Shown here piece after piece: positions 15,535 to 27,930 of a DNA stretch of 64,000 nt. A program made the position numbers and the translations under genes. The notes under the pieces were generated by a model, which made no database searches, was not told the origin of the DNA, and saw nothing but the letters and a program-made list of their open reading frames with translations. The DNA comes from the human T2T-CHM13v2.0 reference genome, Homo sapiens, in NCBI RefSeq assembly GCF_009914755.1, contig NC_060925.1; one strand, given 5' to 3'. How positions within the stretch are numbered: the stretch's first letter is position 1; every line of letters begins with the position of its first letter.

Positions 15535-15832
15535 ACCATTGGCCTGGTTGAGGGCGTGACCACCAAGACATATATGTTGTGCCCGTGTTCATCCTGTGTA
15601 TTTATACTGTATATGTAGAGTCTAGATTTATATACTGCAATGTAAAATATATATATATTTACCTTTTTTAAAGACAATGGAAATTCCAAGTAGCTAAAAC
15701 TTAGCTTCATTTATTTAATGCCACTTTAAATGTCTTAAATTTGTTTCCTGGTGGACAGCCGGGTAATGCTTTTAGCTGCTCGCATGCTTGTCTTTCTGCA
15801 TCTCCATCATCTGTTTACCTTTTGGTTAAACT

Positions 15833-15838
15833 AATAAA
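15833..15838 (+). terminator. Distal poly(A) signal of RGL1
   Basis: AATAAA with upstream U-rich sequence and downstream GU-rich sequence (ggtgggtttttgggtt). Confidence 0.7.
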
Positions 15839-16099
15839 CTAGTTTGGGACTTGGCTGGCATGTGCTGCCAGACCCAAAGGGATTGTATCTGGATTATTAA
15901 CCAGGTGGGTTTTGGGTTCCAGTGTGTCAGTAAGCTTTTGGGAAGCCCGCTGAATTGGTTGGAGGAGCACAGGGAAAGCCAGTGGCAGAGTTAGGTGGGA
16001 TCCTCCCCACTGGCAAGTGTCACAAGCCTTTGGGGGAAAGAATGACTTCCTTAGGAGACTGCAGTCAGAGATGATGCCGTTGCTAGATTGCTGTTCTTA

Positions 16100-16377
16100 G
16101 GGATGGAGTCTCACTCTGTCGCCCAGACTGGAGTGCAGTGGTGCGATCTCAGCTCACTGCAATCTCCGCTGCACCAGTTCAAGCAATTCTGCCTCAGTCT
16201 CCTGAGTAGCTGGTATTACGGGCGTGAGCCACCACACCCAGCTGATTTTTGTATTTTTAGTAGAGGTGGGGTTTCACCATGTTGGTCATGCTGGTCTTGA
16301 GCTCCTGACCTCAGATGATCTGCCCACCTCAGCGTCCCAAAGTGCTGGGATTACAGGCATGAACCACCGCACCCGGC
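16100..16377 (-). mobile_element. AluS lacking a poly(A) tail
   Basis: Antisense Alu body begins at gatggagtctcactctgtcgccc with no poly-T in front. Confidence 0.9.
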
Positions 16378-17158
16378 ATGGGGACACTTAATAATCCAAC
16401 TTAGAGTGAGGGTCCAAGTTAGCATTTTGTCACCTTTCTGAGAGCCTTTCCCCGCATTTTGTGATGGATACCACCTGCATAATTCTTGAAACCGCCCATG
16501 GTGCCTTGGAAGCCAGGGGGACCTCCATGGAGGGAGGAAAGGCATTCCCGAAAGAATTACACTTGAAATCCTTTTAAACTGATCCATGCAGTTTCCCCAA
16601 AGGCATTACGTCTGAGGCCAGCTTCACTGGACAGATGCACAGTATTGTCATTTATCATACTGTTAAAAAGTTCCCAGGATTATTTTCTAGTAGATTTCTA
16701 AATGGATCCAAATTATCAAATGTTCTGTGCCCTTGTGGAATTTTTAGAGGAAGCCAAGTAGAAATTTTAATAATAGGAAATTGATAATATGGGGTAGGGC
16801 AGAAAAAAAAGGGAATTTTGTCTTTGGTACTTGTTTTTTCAAGATCATTCTAAAAGCCTGTTTCCCTTGTTTTGCCTTTTTCTAGAAACTGGGCCTGGGG
16901 ACAGTCTGCCTGAAGGAATAATGTCTTAAACTTGTCTTCTTTGGAACGTTTGTAAATTCTCCCTGCAGCGCAGGATCATTAGGAGGCATACAATACTGCT
17001 TTACGTGTCCTGATTTCAGGGGGACTGAGGAGGTTCCTGACTCAAACCTCTTTTTCTTCAGATGCCTACATTTCCACTAGGCAAAGTTATTTCCATTGCA
17101 TTTTGCATTGCTTTTCCCCCTAGACATCTCTCTTAAAATTAAATACCTTTGGAAGGGA

Positions 17159-17541
17159 TGTGTTAGGCTAGGCTAGGCTGGACCGAAGTAACAAACCAAG
17201 AAATTTCAACAGCTTAAGACCGAGGTTTATTTTTTCTTTCACGGGACAGTGTAATGCAAGCCAGGAAACTCCTTAGTAGCTTTTCTCTAACAGCAGCTCA
17301 CAGATCCAGGCAGCTTCCATCTTGCAACTTCGCCATCTCGGTGTTTCCCTTCCAGTCACAGTGATGATAAAGAGAGTAAAGAGAACTCACAAACTGTTCC
17401 CAACTGCCTTAGACCAAAGCGACACCTGTCACTTCTGTTCACAGCCCATCAACCAGTCCCCGGGCCCGATGTGAGTACAGGGGAGGTGGGAAATGCAGGA
17501 GAAACCTGGAGGAGTTGATGAACACGACCACCTCTGCCACA
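17159..17541 (-). mobile_element. LTR33-like ERVL solo LTR
   Basis: TG...CA termini (tgtgttagg...tgccaca) with motifs gtaacaaac...aggtttattt, cttccatcttgc, acttctgttcaca, gggaaatgcag. Confidence 0.65.
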
Positions 17542-17639
17542 GAGGGGTAATGCCTTCTCCTAGGGTGCACGGGTTTGTTCACCGTTGGCAGTCATCAGAA
17601 AGTGTTTGGAAGAGATGGCAGTGAGGACTTGAGAGGAGG
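17205..17639 (-). other. COLGALT2: Candidate alternative terminal exon of COLGALT2
   Basis: Pyrimidine-rich acceptors ending at 17640 and 17678, short phase-2 reading frames with stops, and AATAAA at 17231-17226 on the - strand. Confidence 0.5.
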
Positions 17640-17736
17640 CTGCACAGAACAGAGGAAGAGTTGAAGAAAGAGAGATGCTGAAAGGAGAAAATACTAGAAA
17701 GAACAATTTAATTTTGTCTAGAACTAGCCTTGATCT

Positions 17737-18070
17737 TATTTTTTAATTTAATTTTATTTTTTGGACAGGGTCTCACTCTGTCACCCAGGCTGGAGTGGCG
17801 CAACCTCAGCTCACTGCAGACTCCGCTTCCTGGGCTCAAGCGATTCTCCAACCTCAGCCTCATGAGTAGCTGGGACTACATCCGCAAGCCACCAATGCCC
17901 TGCTAATTTTTTCTTTTTCTTTTTTTTTTTTTTTTTTTTTTGTATTTTTTATACAGATAGGGTCTTGCCATGATTCCCAGGCTGGTCTCAAACTCCTGAG
18001 CTCAAAGCGATCTGCCTGCCTTGGCCTCCCAAAGTGCTGGGATTACAGGCATGAGCCACCACGCCCAGCC
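17737..18070 (-). mobile_element. AluJ-like element with expanded middle T-run
   Basis: gacagggtctcactctgtcacccagg and ctgggctcaagcg diagnostic motifs. Confidence 0.92.
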
Positions 18071-21000
18071 AATCTAATTTATTTTTAATTTTTAACATAC
18101 AGTCACTCACCAACAATTTATTTTCTTCTGATGTGGTTCCTACTTTGATGACACTAGGAGCTACTTTACAGATGTAGTTGTAAGTCAGGTTAAAAAAAGA
18201 AACCTAGGAAATGTAAAGTATTTACACAAAACCCAACAGATCAAATAGGAGCCAGGCAAATTTAATTATTTTAGACTCACAATTTGGCAACCATTATTGG
18301 GTGTGGTTTCTCAACATCTCTACCCAGAAACCTTTGTGGAAGCAAGTTTCTTATTTAAAATTTCAAGGAATCCAATGTATGTCATGTTTTCTTAAGAGTT
18401 TGAAGGCACCTTACAAATCATGTAGTCAGTGGCCTCGTATTATAGATATGAGGCTGAGACACAGAACAGTTAAGTTGCCCAAGTTTTAGGGACAGAGCTC
18501 TGGATCATCAAACCCCACTCTGAGCATATCACACTGGGCCAGGCACTGAATGGAGGAGGCTCTCCTGACAGACACTTCCACAGCCTCACGGAACTGGAGA
18601 GAATCCCTGGGATCTGTGGGCTCCATCCCCAGCCTTCCAGTCACATGAATTCCCACAAACTATCTCGGTCAGCTGGGCACCTGGTTGGTTCTTTGAAGTG
18701 TCTGAGGAACATTCTACTGAGGGTCAGAGCACTGCCACCTACTATCCTGAGCATCATTTCCATCCCACAGATGAGGAAATGGCCAAAAAGATGATTATTG
18801 TGAGTTAGCACCCCAGCTGGATTGGAATCCATTTCTGATCTGTAGTCTCGGGTGTTCCCCGGGGGTGCCTGCAGCGGGAGAAACTCCTAGGAGAGGCATC
18901 AACTGACAGGAGTTAACAAAGGAGGAGCAGATGGGACTGGGGCTTGAGTGGCGTTCAGGAGAGCCAGTTTTAAGACCACCTGGATCAGCCTCCCTGTAAG
19001 CCAGTTATCAGTATCCAAGTGCTTTAACACAGGCTTCTCAGAAGAAATCATTTTTATTCCTACCATTATTTCATACCAAAGCATCATTATGTGCTACAGT
19101 TCCAATTTCTTACACAAGAATGAAAAGGGTTACCAATGCAGCAAGTTAAAAAAAAAAAAGAAGAAGAAGAAGACTGAATGATTTAAGCTGTTTCTGAATT
19201 GTTCCTGCCATAAAAAAAAAAAAAAAAATCAAGGCACCAGTTTTGAAATGGGAGAAGCATTCTAAATGAGACTGTTAGCTTGCCCTTTGACATCGATTTC
19301 TGATCCTCATTTATTCAGTATCTAACATCCAAGTCTGCAGAAATATGTTATCTGAGAGTTTGCAGTATGACCAGCTGAATAATCAGTATATGAGGTTTCA
19401 CAGGGGAGACAGACATGGGTTAGAAGTGCCAGCTTTATGTATCAGGCTGTGTGTGTGTGTGGTGAGACAGAGTGCAAGAGTGAGAGATTAAAACATTAAA
19501 TTTTACTGAGAAAACAAGAAATGAGACACATTATCCCCCAGCAGCTTGGAAGTGGATGCAGTTTGGTGAGATCTGACTGCCTCGGTCTGACTCCCAGGCC
19601 ACTTACTACCTTAGGCAAGTTGCTTCCCTTAGCTCTTTGCCTTATCTGAAAGATAGAGATTAATGAATAGTTCCTACTTCTTGAGGTTCATGCTGTATTA
19701 AACTACACAGCACACGTAGGGAAAGTGCGGTTCACTTTGGTGCATGATACAAGAGTTAGTTGCTGTTATTCCTGGGAAGCTTCTGGCCTAAGGGAAGTCA
19801 TGTCTTCAAAGAAGCCCTCCAACCTCCTCCCGGGAGGAGCCAAATGGTCCAGACGTGAAACTCTTAGAGGTGGGGCTTCCACGTGTGGAACGGCACCCTG
19901 CGAAAAGCTAAGCCTGCTTGCTGCTCTGGGGAGAGACTGACTCACGGAGCTGGAGGGCGTCCAGGGCTCCTGCAGCTTGTTCCACGGCTGGGGTCCAAAA
20001 AGGCTCACAGAGACGGGGATGTGGGCCCGGCGCAGCCTCCCTGGCCAGCCTGCAGGCTTTGCAGTGGGCACTCTCGCTGGACGGGCTGTGACAGGAGAGG
20101 CTGGCTGATGTCAAGCAGCCCTGGGCCGGAGTGTCCCTCTCAGGGCCTGAGAGATCGGCCACCACACAGAGCTGGCAGCGATTCCCATGAGTCCCCACCT
20201 CCTTGGGTGGATTTTTCTCACCAGAAACTCTGCTCCCTGCTCCTGGGTACCCCCTTCTGTGTCTGTCCACAGTCCCTGTGTCTTTCCTACAGGAAGGGGT
20301 TCTCGACTCTGGTTCCAGAGGCCCTGTCCAGGGACAATGGAGATGCTTGATTGTGAGTTATTGCTCTTCCCCAAGCATTGGGGGCACTGGACATTTCACT
20401 TGTTCCTGTGCAAGCGGTTCAACTCAACACCAACTCAATCTCTCCCATAGTTGCAGACTTAAAAGGATAAAACTCTAAGGACAAGGCTGTCACCACTTCC
20501 ATTTGAAGCCTCCCTCCTACCACACTATTTTCCCCATTGGTTCCCTCTCCTCTTTCTTGGCCTGTGCACTGGCATCACTGTCTCCAGCGATGGGCTTGCA
20601 TTAGTCTCTTCTCCCCACTCCTTGCACTTCTCTCCCAGACTGTGCTCTGAGCACCAGGACTTTGCTCCGTGTGTGGTGCGCTAGAAGCTGCCTCTTTCCT
20701 CTCCCCTCGGATTCTCAACAGGCTTGCACCACTCTGTCCCTTGCACTCAACTCTGCTCATGGTTTCCTCCCCTGAGCTAGGCCTGAGCAACAATATCATC
20801 CCCTTCAAGTCTTCACAATTTATGCTAGCAATTTTTAAAAGCAGTTAAAGCCCTTCAGGCCACACCATCAAAATGCCTGGACAACTGAACTCCTGTCTGG
20901 GGGTCTGTTCCAAACTTCTCATTTCCTTTTGGGAGAAGAAACTGTCGCTGATTAATTTCCAAGCATCTAAGAACAGAGAGAGAGAGAGAGCTGCCCACTC

Positions 21001-22073
21001 CACTTTGAAAATCAAATTCCCCCACTAGTAAGAGCCCAGACATCCACCCAGCCACCCGTGGAATAGGAAACCCCCATCAAAGCCTTGCCAGGTCCATGGG
21101 GGCAGAGCTAGTGCTCTGTGGGCCCTAGGATTGCTCAGACATGGTAAGTTTACTAAAGCACCTGTTCCAGAGAAGCCAGGCTGGAGAATTACAGGGACGG
21201 GCATAAAAACAAACTCCATAAATTAAAAATAAAGAGAAGGCAATCCTCAGAGACGATTCTTCATTCTTTCCACTCTTTTTGAGGGCAGATGGGAGGATGG
21301 ATGGCTTTGGATTGGAAGCAACACAGCTGGTGTCACAGAGGCTACTGAACAAAGATCAGCTCACATATTAGCACATCCATGGGTGGAAGCAAAATACTAG
21401 GGCATTTCAGTAATTCACAGAGCAGAAAGGAAGCCACTCTTCTGCCCAGCAACAAAGTTTAATGGAGCCATTCCACCACTTACCTTGGAACCCCATTCAG
21501 TGTCTGACAATTCTGTCAATGAATTCTTCCTGAAAGCTCACCTAAACTCCTCTTGCTCTGTCCCTGGGATAAGAGGGAGCACCATTTTTCACGTAATCTT
21601 TTGTAATATAATGTACTAAAATCTACCATCATTACTTCTCTCTTCTCCAAGCAGGTACAAAAGGACATTGTCCACACTTTGGTTCTTGTCTCAGCTGCCC
21701 TACACTGACTTAGGGCCGCGGGCTCACAGGGAAGCCCCTCATATGCCCCTCCTCTCCTGCTGGCCTTCCTCCCTCAGCTGCATTTAATTGAAGGACAGCC
21801 GGTTCCCCTGAAATAATAAACATCACCACAAAACATCATGTGGGCGTGACATTTCCAAAGCTGTCTACTCTTAGTTTTCAGAACGTGTCACCCCTTACAT
21901 GCTATTTTCTTCTCATATAGCCAGCCTCATTTTAACTTTACTTTGTCATTATTTAACTCCTTAGTGAATTAACTTCTGTCAGGGAGATCACTTCTGGATC
22001 ATTTCTTTCCTCTGTTTAGTTGGCAAGAATGTCTCAAAAGCACGTTATAGAAAGCCTCCTGGGAAGACACATC

Positions 22074-22079
22074 TTTATT
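22074..22079 (-). terminator. Possible distal poly(A) signal for COLGALT2
   Basis: TTTATT on + reads AATAAA on the - strand. Confidence 0.3.
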
Positions 22080-23200
22080 TTATAGTTACTAGCGGGAGGG
22101 ATTTGCTCCAATCATAAGGGAAAAACCATAAGATTCCCAAATTTGTAGCTGAGTGGGAATATTTCTTGTTTTGGACATCAACATTTTACTGGAAGCCTCT
22201 GTATTATCTGTCAAGATGGTAACCAAACTTAGAATTCTCCCAGAAATGCTGGGCTCTGTGCTTATGATGAGACAGCCCTGAGAAGGAGACAGCCCTGAGA
22301 GGGAGGCAGCCAACTTGCCTTGCCAGCATGATTGTGTCTCAGTCTTGTTTGTTATCAACCCCAACACATGCCTAACTCTTCTGCCCTACTGAGTTCCCAT
22401 GAATCCCACTTTGGCCCTTTCATAGTCCTGTCAGGCAATGCCTGGACAGCATCTCCACCCACTGTGCCCAGCCCTCCTCCCTCTTCTGAACTCCAATTCA
22501 TCCTCCAAAACCCAACCCAAATGTCACCTTCTCAGCAGAGCTGCCCTGACAGTCCTCCTCTGCCCATTTTGTTCATCTCTGAAATAAAACCATCCTGTTT
22601 GGCAGCCACCTGCTTTATGTTGCTCCTCCATTGGACTGCGGGCCCCACACAGCAGTAGGGACCTTACCTACTTCTCTGAGCATCTCAGTGCCCAGCACAA
22701 AGCCTGCAGCAAGGCAGTGTTCACAGCCTGGTTTTTGAGATTAGGGGTAAGCTTGATCTAAAAATTCAAGCAGTCACTGAGATCAACAAGGATTTTCTTT
22801 TTGTTGCTGCTGTTATTTTTCCCCAGGAAAAAGCTCTTTGGCCTTGGACTGGTATCACAGTATCTCAGTATCTTTTGATGAACGGATAGGCTGACCTGTA
22901 GCACAAAATGCAAGATGGACACCTCCACTCCCTCCCAGTGGGGGCTCTCTTCCATCTTTCTGTACCTTGGAATCCTTTTCAGCTTACATAACAGTACCCA
23001 TCAGTTTAAAACAACCCTCACTGCACAGTAAGGGCAGCAACCACCCTCCCCTCATTTGCCATGGGGATCACACAGCAGTGATGGTTCCCCCTGACTCTGA
23101 CATCCTTGGTCAAGGGCAGACCTGGTAATCTCTGCAGCGTTGGCCATTGATCAGTGCCTGCGGAAGCAATTGACAATCATATCTTTGAGCTAAGTTTTTT

Positions 23201-23206
23201 TTTAAT
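23201..23206 (-). terminator. Probable COLGALT2 poly(A) signal (ATTAAA)
   Basis: TTTAAT on +. An adjacent A-rich run on the - strand could also cause internal priming. Confidence 0.5.
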
Positions 23207-24308
23207 TTTTCACAAAGAGCTCCAGAAGGCAAATAGTTTATCACTTCCCCACTCTGAAATAGCACGCAAGACAGATGATGCAGGGGAACGGGTGTCCACT
23301 CTTTCTTGTTCTCAGAGCTCCTGCAGCAGGCCTGAATGAACCGCAAGCGGGGCCCATGCAGCGTGTCCTCTGCAAAGTGCAGGTGTTCAGTCCACACACA
23401 GCAGCACCAGCACTGCTGATGTCACGGTTGTCTGTCCAGAAGATCCCACGTTAGATCCCAAGAGAAATCCAGACAGGGTTTAGCCTCCAGAGGCAGAGAG
23501 CGGGTGCCAGGCCCAGATGCAAAGGCCTCTATACTGACGCCCTCACATGACACTGCAAAGGTCAAATGTCAAAGGTCAAATGTCTTGGCTTAGGACTATA
23601 AGGGAGAGATAGGACAAATAATGAGGTCAAGGAACCTCTGGATTGCTGAAGAGATGACTTTAAAAAAAAAGTCACATCTGCGGCTCACAGTGTTCACCAG
23701 AAAAGAACACTGCTTGGGATTCTAGACCTGAGCAGGGAGAAACAAACCGGGCTAAAGGAGACAGAACTTTCTTCACAGTAGAACAGTCCTAGTCTAAAAT
23801 GCTAGAATTTAAGTCCAAAGTCTTTTAAGAATGAGAGTTCTTAAATCTGTCAGACCAGCTGACAGGGGAACAGGAAAAAAAAAATTCTCTATTAAACAAA
23901 ACACCACAAAAATCAACCCAAACTTCCTTCAACCCCAGCACCCCAGCCACCTCCCACCCCATTAAAAAAGTCATTAAAGTCATGCACACATGCACACACT
24001 CAAATATGAAAACAAAAACCAGATACCCAAGGAAATCTTAGGAATCACCTAAGGAATTTTCACTCGCTCCCCAGATGCTCTTTCTGTTTTTCTGGGGGTG
24101 GGTGGGAAAGGAAGTCACACTGACAGCTAAGTCTAAGCGGCACAATTTAGAGTTGGGTGAGTTCCCTTTCCTCCAGCGGCCTAGCTTGCTGGTCAGTGTA
24201 GAAGGGTACCCACAGTGAGTCGGGAAGGAAGGCCGAGGCTGGCGTCTGGTGGAAGGCAAGCTGCCTCTTGTCCTAAAGTGGGGACCCGCCCCTCACCTGG
24301 GGAGATGA

Positions 24309-24456
24309 GGCTGCCTTGACTACCTATTTGGTGATGAGACAGCTTGGTGATCACTTTCTCTAGACTCTGAGCCATGCTGTTCAACCTTAATGTGGCAATC
24401 AGTATCACATGGGCAGTGAACTGAAGAATTAGGTGTCTGGCTTAAAGTGTATCTTA
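24309..24456. repeat. Copy A of a ~150-bp dispersed direct duplication
   Basis: Aligns to 25722-25875 with 11 substitutions and one 6-nt indel. Confidence 0.95.
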
Positions 24457-25721
24457 CACTCGTACACTAAGCTTGTGTATGTAGCACCACCCGCCTGTGG
24501 ACTCTGCTCTGAAGGGCCCTCCCCATGAGTTTAAGTGTGAAGCTCAGGGTTTGGGGTGTGCACGGCCCCCCATATGGCTGCATGGTGCATGGACAGTGAT
24601 GAGGAACGGTGCTGGTATGGGATGCCTGGGAGGGTTTTTCTGGAGACAAAAATTTACAGATTGAGGGCATGAGAACATAAACTTGAGGGAAACCACCATG
24701 ATCTATACTAGGATGACAGATTGTGGAGTGGGAAGAAATCGTGTAGTCCAACTCTGCATTTTACATAAAATCAATCTGTGAAGAAAGCAGAAAGGACTCT
24801 TAGGGGATATCTTTTGAGAAAGGGTGTCCGCCTGGGATTCTAAGAGCTTCCCTGGTTGCTGGCCTAAATCAGGTGACCAGCCCTTTGTTTCTGACCAGGT
24901 TTCTCACCTGAGATAGAGAATCATTTGTTTCCAAATAGTTCAAATCCCCCCATCCACAGGCCTCCCCACAAGAGCCTGGCTGGGAAATTCAGGAGAATCA
25001 GATTGCCGAACCAATGTGTCCACACCCACCACTCCCCCGGGTGCCGTGGAAGTCTGCAACATCTGTTTCTCTGCCTTATCCTAAAGACAATATCTTCGCC
25101 CATTTTGTAAAATAAATAATTCAAAATATAATGAAAAAACTCTGGCAAGGATAGTTGCTGGCCTGAAAATGTGCTCTGTCTCTTAGCAGTGACTCACAGA
25201 ACTCACACCTGCGGTGGGTTCCCAGGCTAAGGGGTGGAGCGGAGAGCGTGAAGCTCTGTAGCAGCGCGCAAACCCGGGACAGGGCAGGATGCACAGCCAG
25301 TCCTCACCCTTTATATATTACATTTATCTTTATAAATAGAGCATCCTGACTCGAGTGGCCATAATAAAAAAGCCAAACATTGAGTTTTTTCCCTCAAATA
25401 CCTACACAAACTGTCAAATATCTACTAAATTATATCCACATGGCAAACTGGTCACCTCTATATGAGAACTCCAACTGCCATGATGGTCACAGGCCAAGTC
25501 TCAGTCGGACCCAAATACCCACCCCTACTGGATAACAGGGACTAAGATTTTTTTTTTTTTAAAAATCTACTTTTCAATAAGACTTGTGACAGAATCCTTT
25601 AAATAAAAAGCCAAATAAATATGATTTTAAGTGATTCCTGTCCCCCAAAAGTTGCACACACAAGTTTTCAATGTCATATAAAACGGACAAACTAGACCAA
25701 TAAGTGTGGTCTAGTTGGCCT

Positions 25722-25875
25722 GGCTGCCTTGACTACATATTTGCTGATGTGACAGCTCGGTGATCACTTTCTCTTGAACAAGACTCTGAGCCATGTTGTT
25801 CAACCTTAATGTGGGAATCAGTATCACATGAGTAGTGAACTGAAGAATTAGGTGTCTGGATTACAGTTTATCTTA
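25722..25875. repeat. Copy B of the ~150-bp dispersed direct duplication
   Basis: Aligns to 24309-24456. Confidence 0.95.
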
Positions 25876-26110
25876 ACAGTTTCCAAAAAACCTGTCTTTC
25901 AGCCGTCTTGGGAAATTTGGGTTGAATTTCCTTATTTCCTTCCATGGTCAAAAATATGTTAATTTCGATCTATCACACTAGATCACTTTGGTTAGATGAC
26001 TGTGACCACTAAGAACAAAACAAAACAGAAAACTGGAGCAAACAGATGAATAGCCCTTTAGAAAAACCAGAGGATGTTGAACTGATGTGGGCCACACTCC
26101 CAGGGAGCCT

Positions 26111-26387
26111 TCATAGCTCATCCCTTGAAGGCACAGTGTCCAGGGAGGTTGGCGGTGGCAGGGCCTCTGTGTTCTTGGCATTGCTGTAGATGCGGCTTTG
26201 CTTCCGGGACTTCCAGGCATGTGTCCTATCCCAGTCGGTGGCCACTGTCTCATTGTCCCAGATGGTGGAGGTCTCCGTGTCACTCAGGTACCCCGGCTGG
26301 CCTGTGTAGTGCGTAGGGTAGATGAGCAAGGGTTCTGCAGAGAAGGCTTTCAGGTCCCTGGATTCATAATACTCCTTGTACTCGGCT
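26111..26387 (-). CDS. COLGALT2: COLGALT2 last coding exon (putative exon 12), ending in the ER-retrieval motif RDEL
   Basis: cttgttttcag|A acceptor, phase 2. Encodes AEYKEYYESRDLKAFSAEPLLIYPTHYTG...PSRDEL-TGA. Confidence 0.96.
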
Positions 26388-27930
26388 CTGAAAACAAGAA
26401 GGTGGCCGGACACATGAGGGGGCGGAAAGGAGACTTACGGAACAGGGACAAAGAGTGAAGGAGGCCTCCTGGTTACCTCATGAGTTCATTTCATTATTTC
26501 AATTGTGTCATTTGTGAAAAACTTTAGCCTACAAACACAAATATTTCTTTAAAAGCTTTCCAAAGACAAGCTCCCAAGCAAAAAGATCAGGACATTTCTG
26601 ACGTATTTGAATAGACTAGTTTAAAAGATGAATTTCAGGTCTGACTCCAAAAGTTAAAAAGTAAGCCCTGTTAGACCATAATGATAAATAAATACGATCA
26701 CTTCACCAAAAATGCCCTGCTTTGGGATTAATAAATGAGACACCTCACATCTGGACAGCAGTGATGGGGCATGTGGCACGTGGAGGCTTAGAGGCACGCA
26801 GGCTTGGCTTTGTGCTCTAGCTCCCTGCTCACCACTCCGGTTCCAACAGGTGTAAAGGAGACGGATGACTTGGCCTCCCTCTCAGGGCTCCTGTGCAGAG
26901 TACATGAGGTGACATCTGAATGTAGTAATTTCCCTTTTGTTTAGGGGATAATGGTTTGACCTCCATGTTTCTGCTAGGACACAGAGATAAAGTCAGTCTC
27001 TGACATGTTATATACAAGAGGGCACACAACTCCATTTTTACTGAGGACAAGAGACAAAATGAACTGGTGGCAGCACAGGAAATCTCAACAGCTAAAATGA
27101 GACCATCTAGTGACGAGATCACCCAGCAACTGAGAGAAGGGGCCAAGGTTAGAACGAATGCTGCTCCATCAATGAATTTAGGAATCATTCATTAATGATT
27201 TAGGAGCTGCTGTTATGTGTAGCATTTGGACTAGGCTCTAAGGACACAGAGGCATAAGACTGTTACTGCCCCAAAGGGTTTATAGTTTATTGGGGAGATT
27301 GACAGGTAAATCATTAATTGCCACACCTTTTGATAAGCGCTAGGTCAGGGTAAGCTCCTGGGCTATGGGAGCCCCAAGCATCACACTGCCCTTCTTCCAT
27401 GGACATCATGCTCAGGTATCAGGTCCACACTCCCTGAACCTCTTACACACCCCTGCGATTGCAGGAATCACAATATATCATGATGATTTGTTCATGAGTC
27501 TGGGTTCCTGACCAGATTGTGAGCTATGCAAAAATGGGTATCTCTGCTTAGCCAACAGTACCCAATGACCTGAGCCAAAGGAACTGGAAATTTTGAGGTG
27601 CTTAGGAAGATGGCCTTCACCTTGAGGTGTATGAGGTTATGGAAATAAGAAGAGCAAAGACAAGGAGGGGACCAAGCACATTACATTCAGTTCAACTACA
27701 AACTGGATATTACAAGAATCTCTGGGCAGGACACTCACCATCTCTGCCTCACCTTCCCATCTGTACAAAGGGATAAATCACCTGAGTTAGGCTCTCTTAA
27801 TCATAATTATGAGAAGATCATTTAGGAAAGCAGTACAACTTTAGAAAATATCAAGTACTACCAGAAATGGAGAGCATAATTCATGAAGAGGCTGTGCCCA
27901 AGGGAAGGCAGGCAGTTCAGGGAGACTCAC

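Larger units (their letters stand above)
13643..15860 (+). other. RGL1: RGL1 3'UTR (end approximate)
   Basis: Repeat-poor sequence after the stop, with UGUA-rich and AU-rich blocks (ttatttaat at 15711-15719) ending at AATAAA 15833. Confidence 0.75.
23180..26110 (-). other. COLGALT2: COLGALT2 3'UTR (end approximate)
   Basis: Follows the RDEL-TGA stop. The first ATTAAA or AATAAA I found on the - strand is at 23206-23201. Confidence 0.65.

Noticed and set aside
19725-20478. Cluster of overlapping ORFs up to 155 aa in a GC-richer intergenic patch
   Set aside because: There is no recognisable domain or splice structure, and ORFs on both strands are expected in stop-poor GC-rich DNA. A regulatory role cannot be judged from sequence.
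22268-22300. Short two-copy tandem repeats (also ~52218-52254) considered as array-like structures
   Set aside because: They are two-copy slippage duplications without spacers; nothing CRISPR-like is present in this eukaryotic DNA.
24331-24424. C/D-box snoRNA-like motifs (GTGATGA...CTGA) in duplication copy A
   Set aside because: They are on the + strand outside any + strand intron, the C box is degenerate in copy B, the terminal stem is weak and I recognise no guide sequence. An Rfam or snoscan search would settle it.
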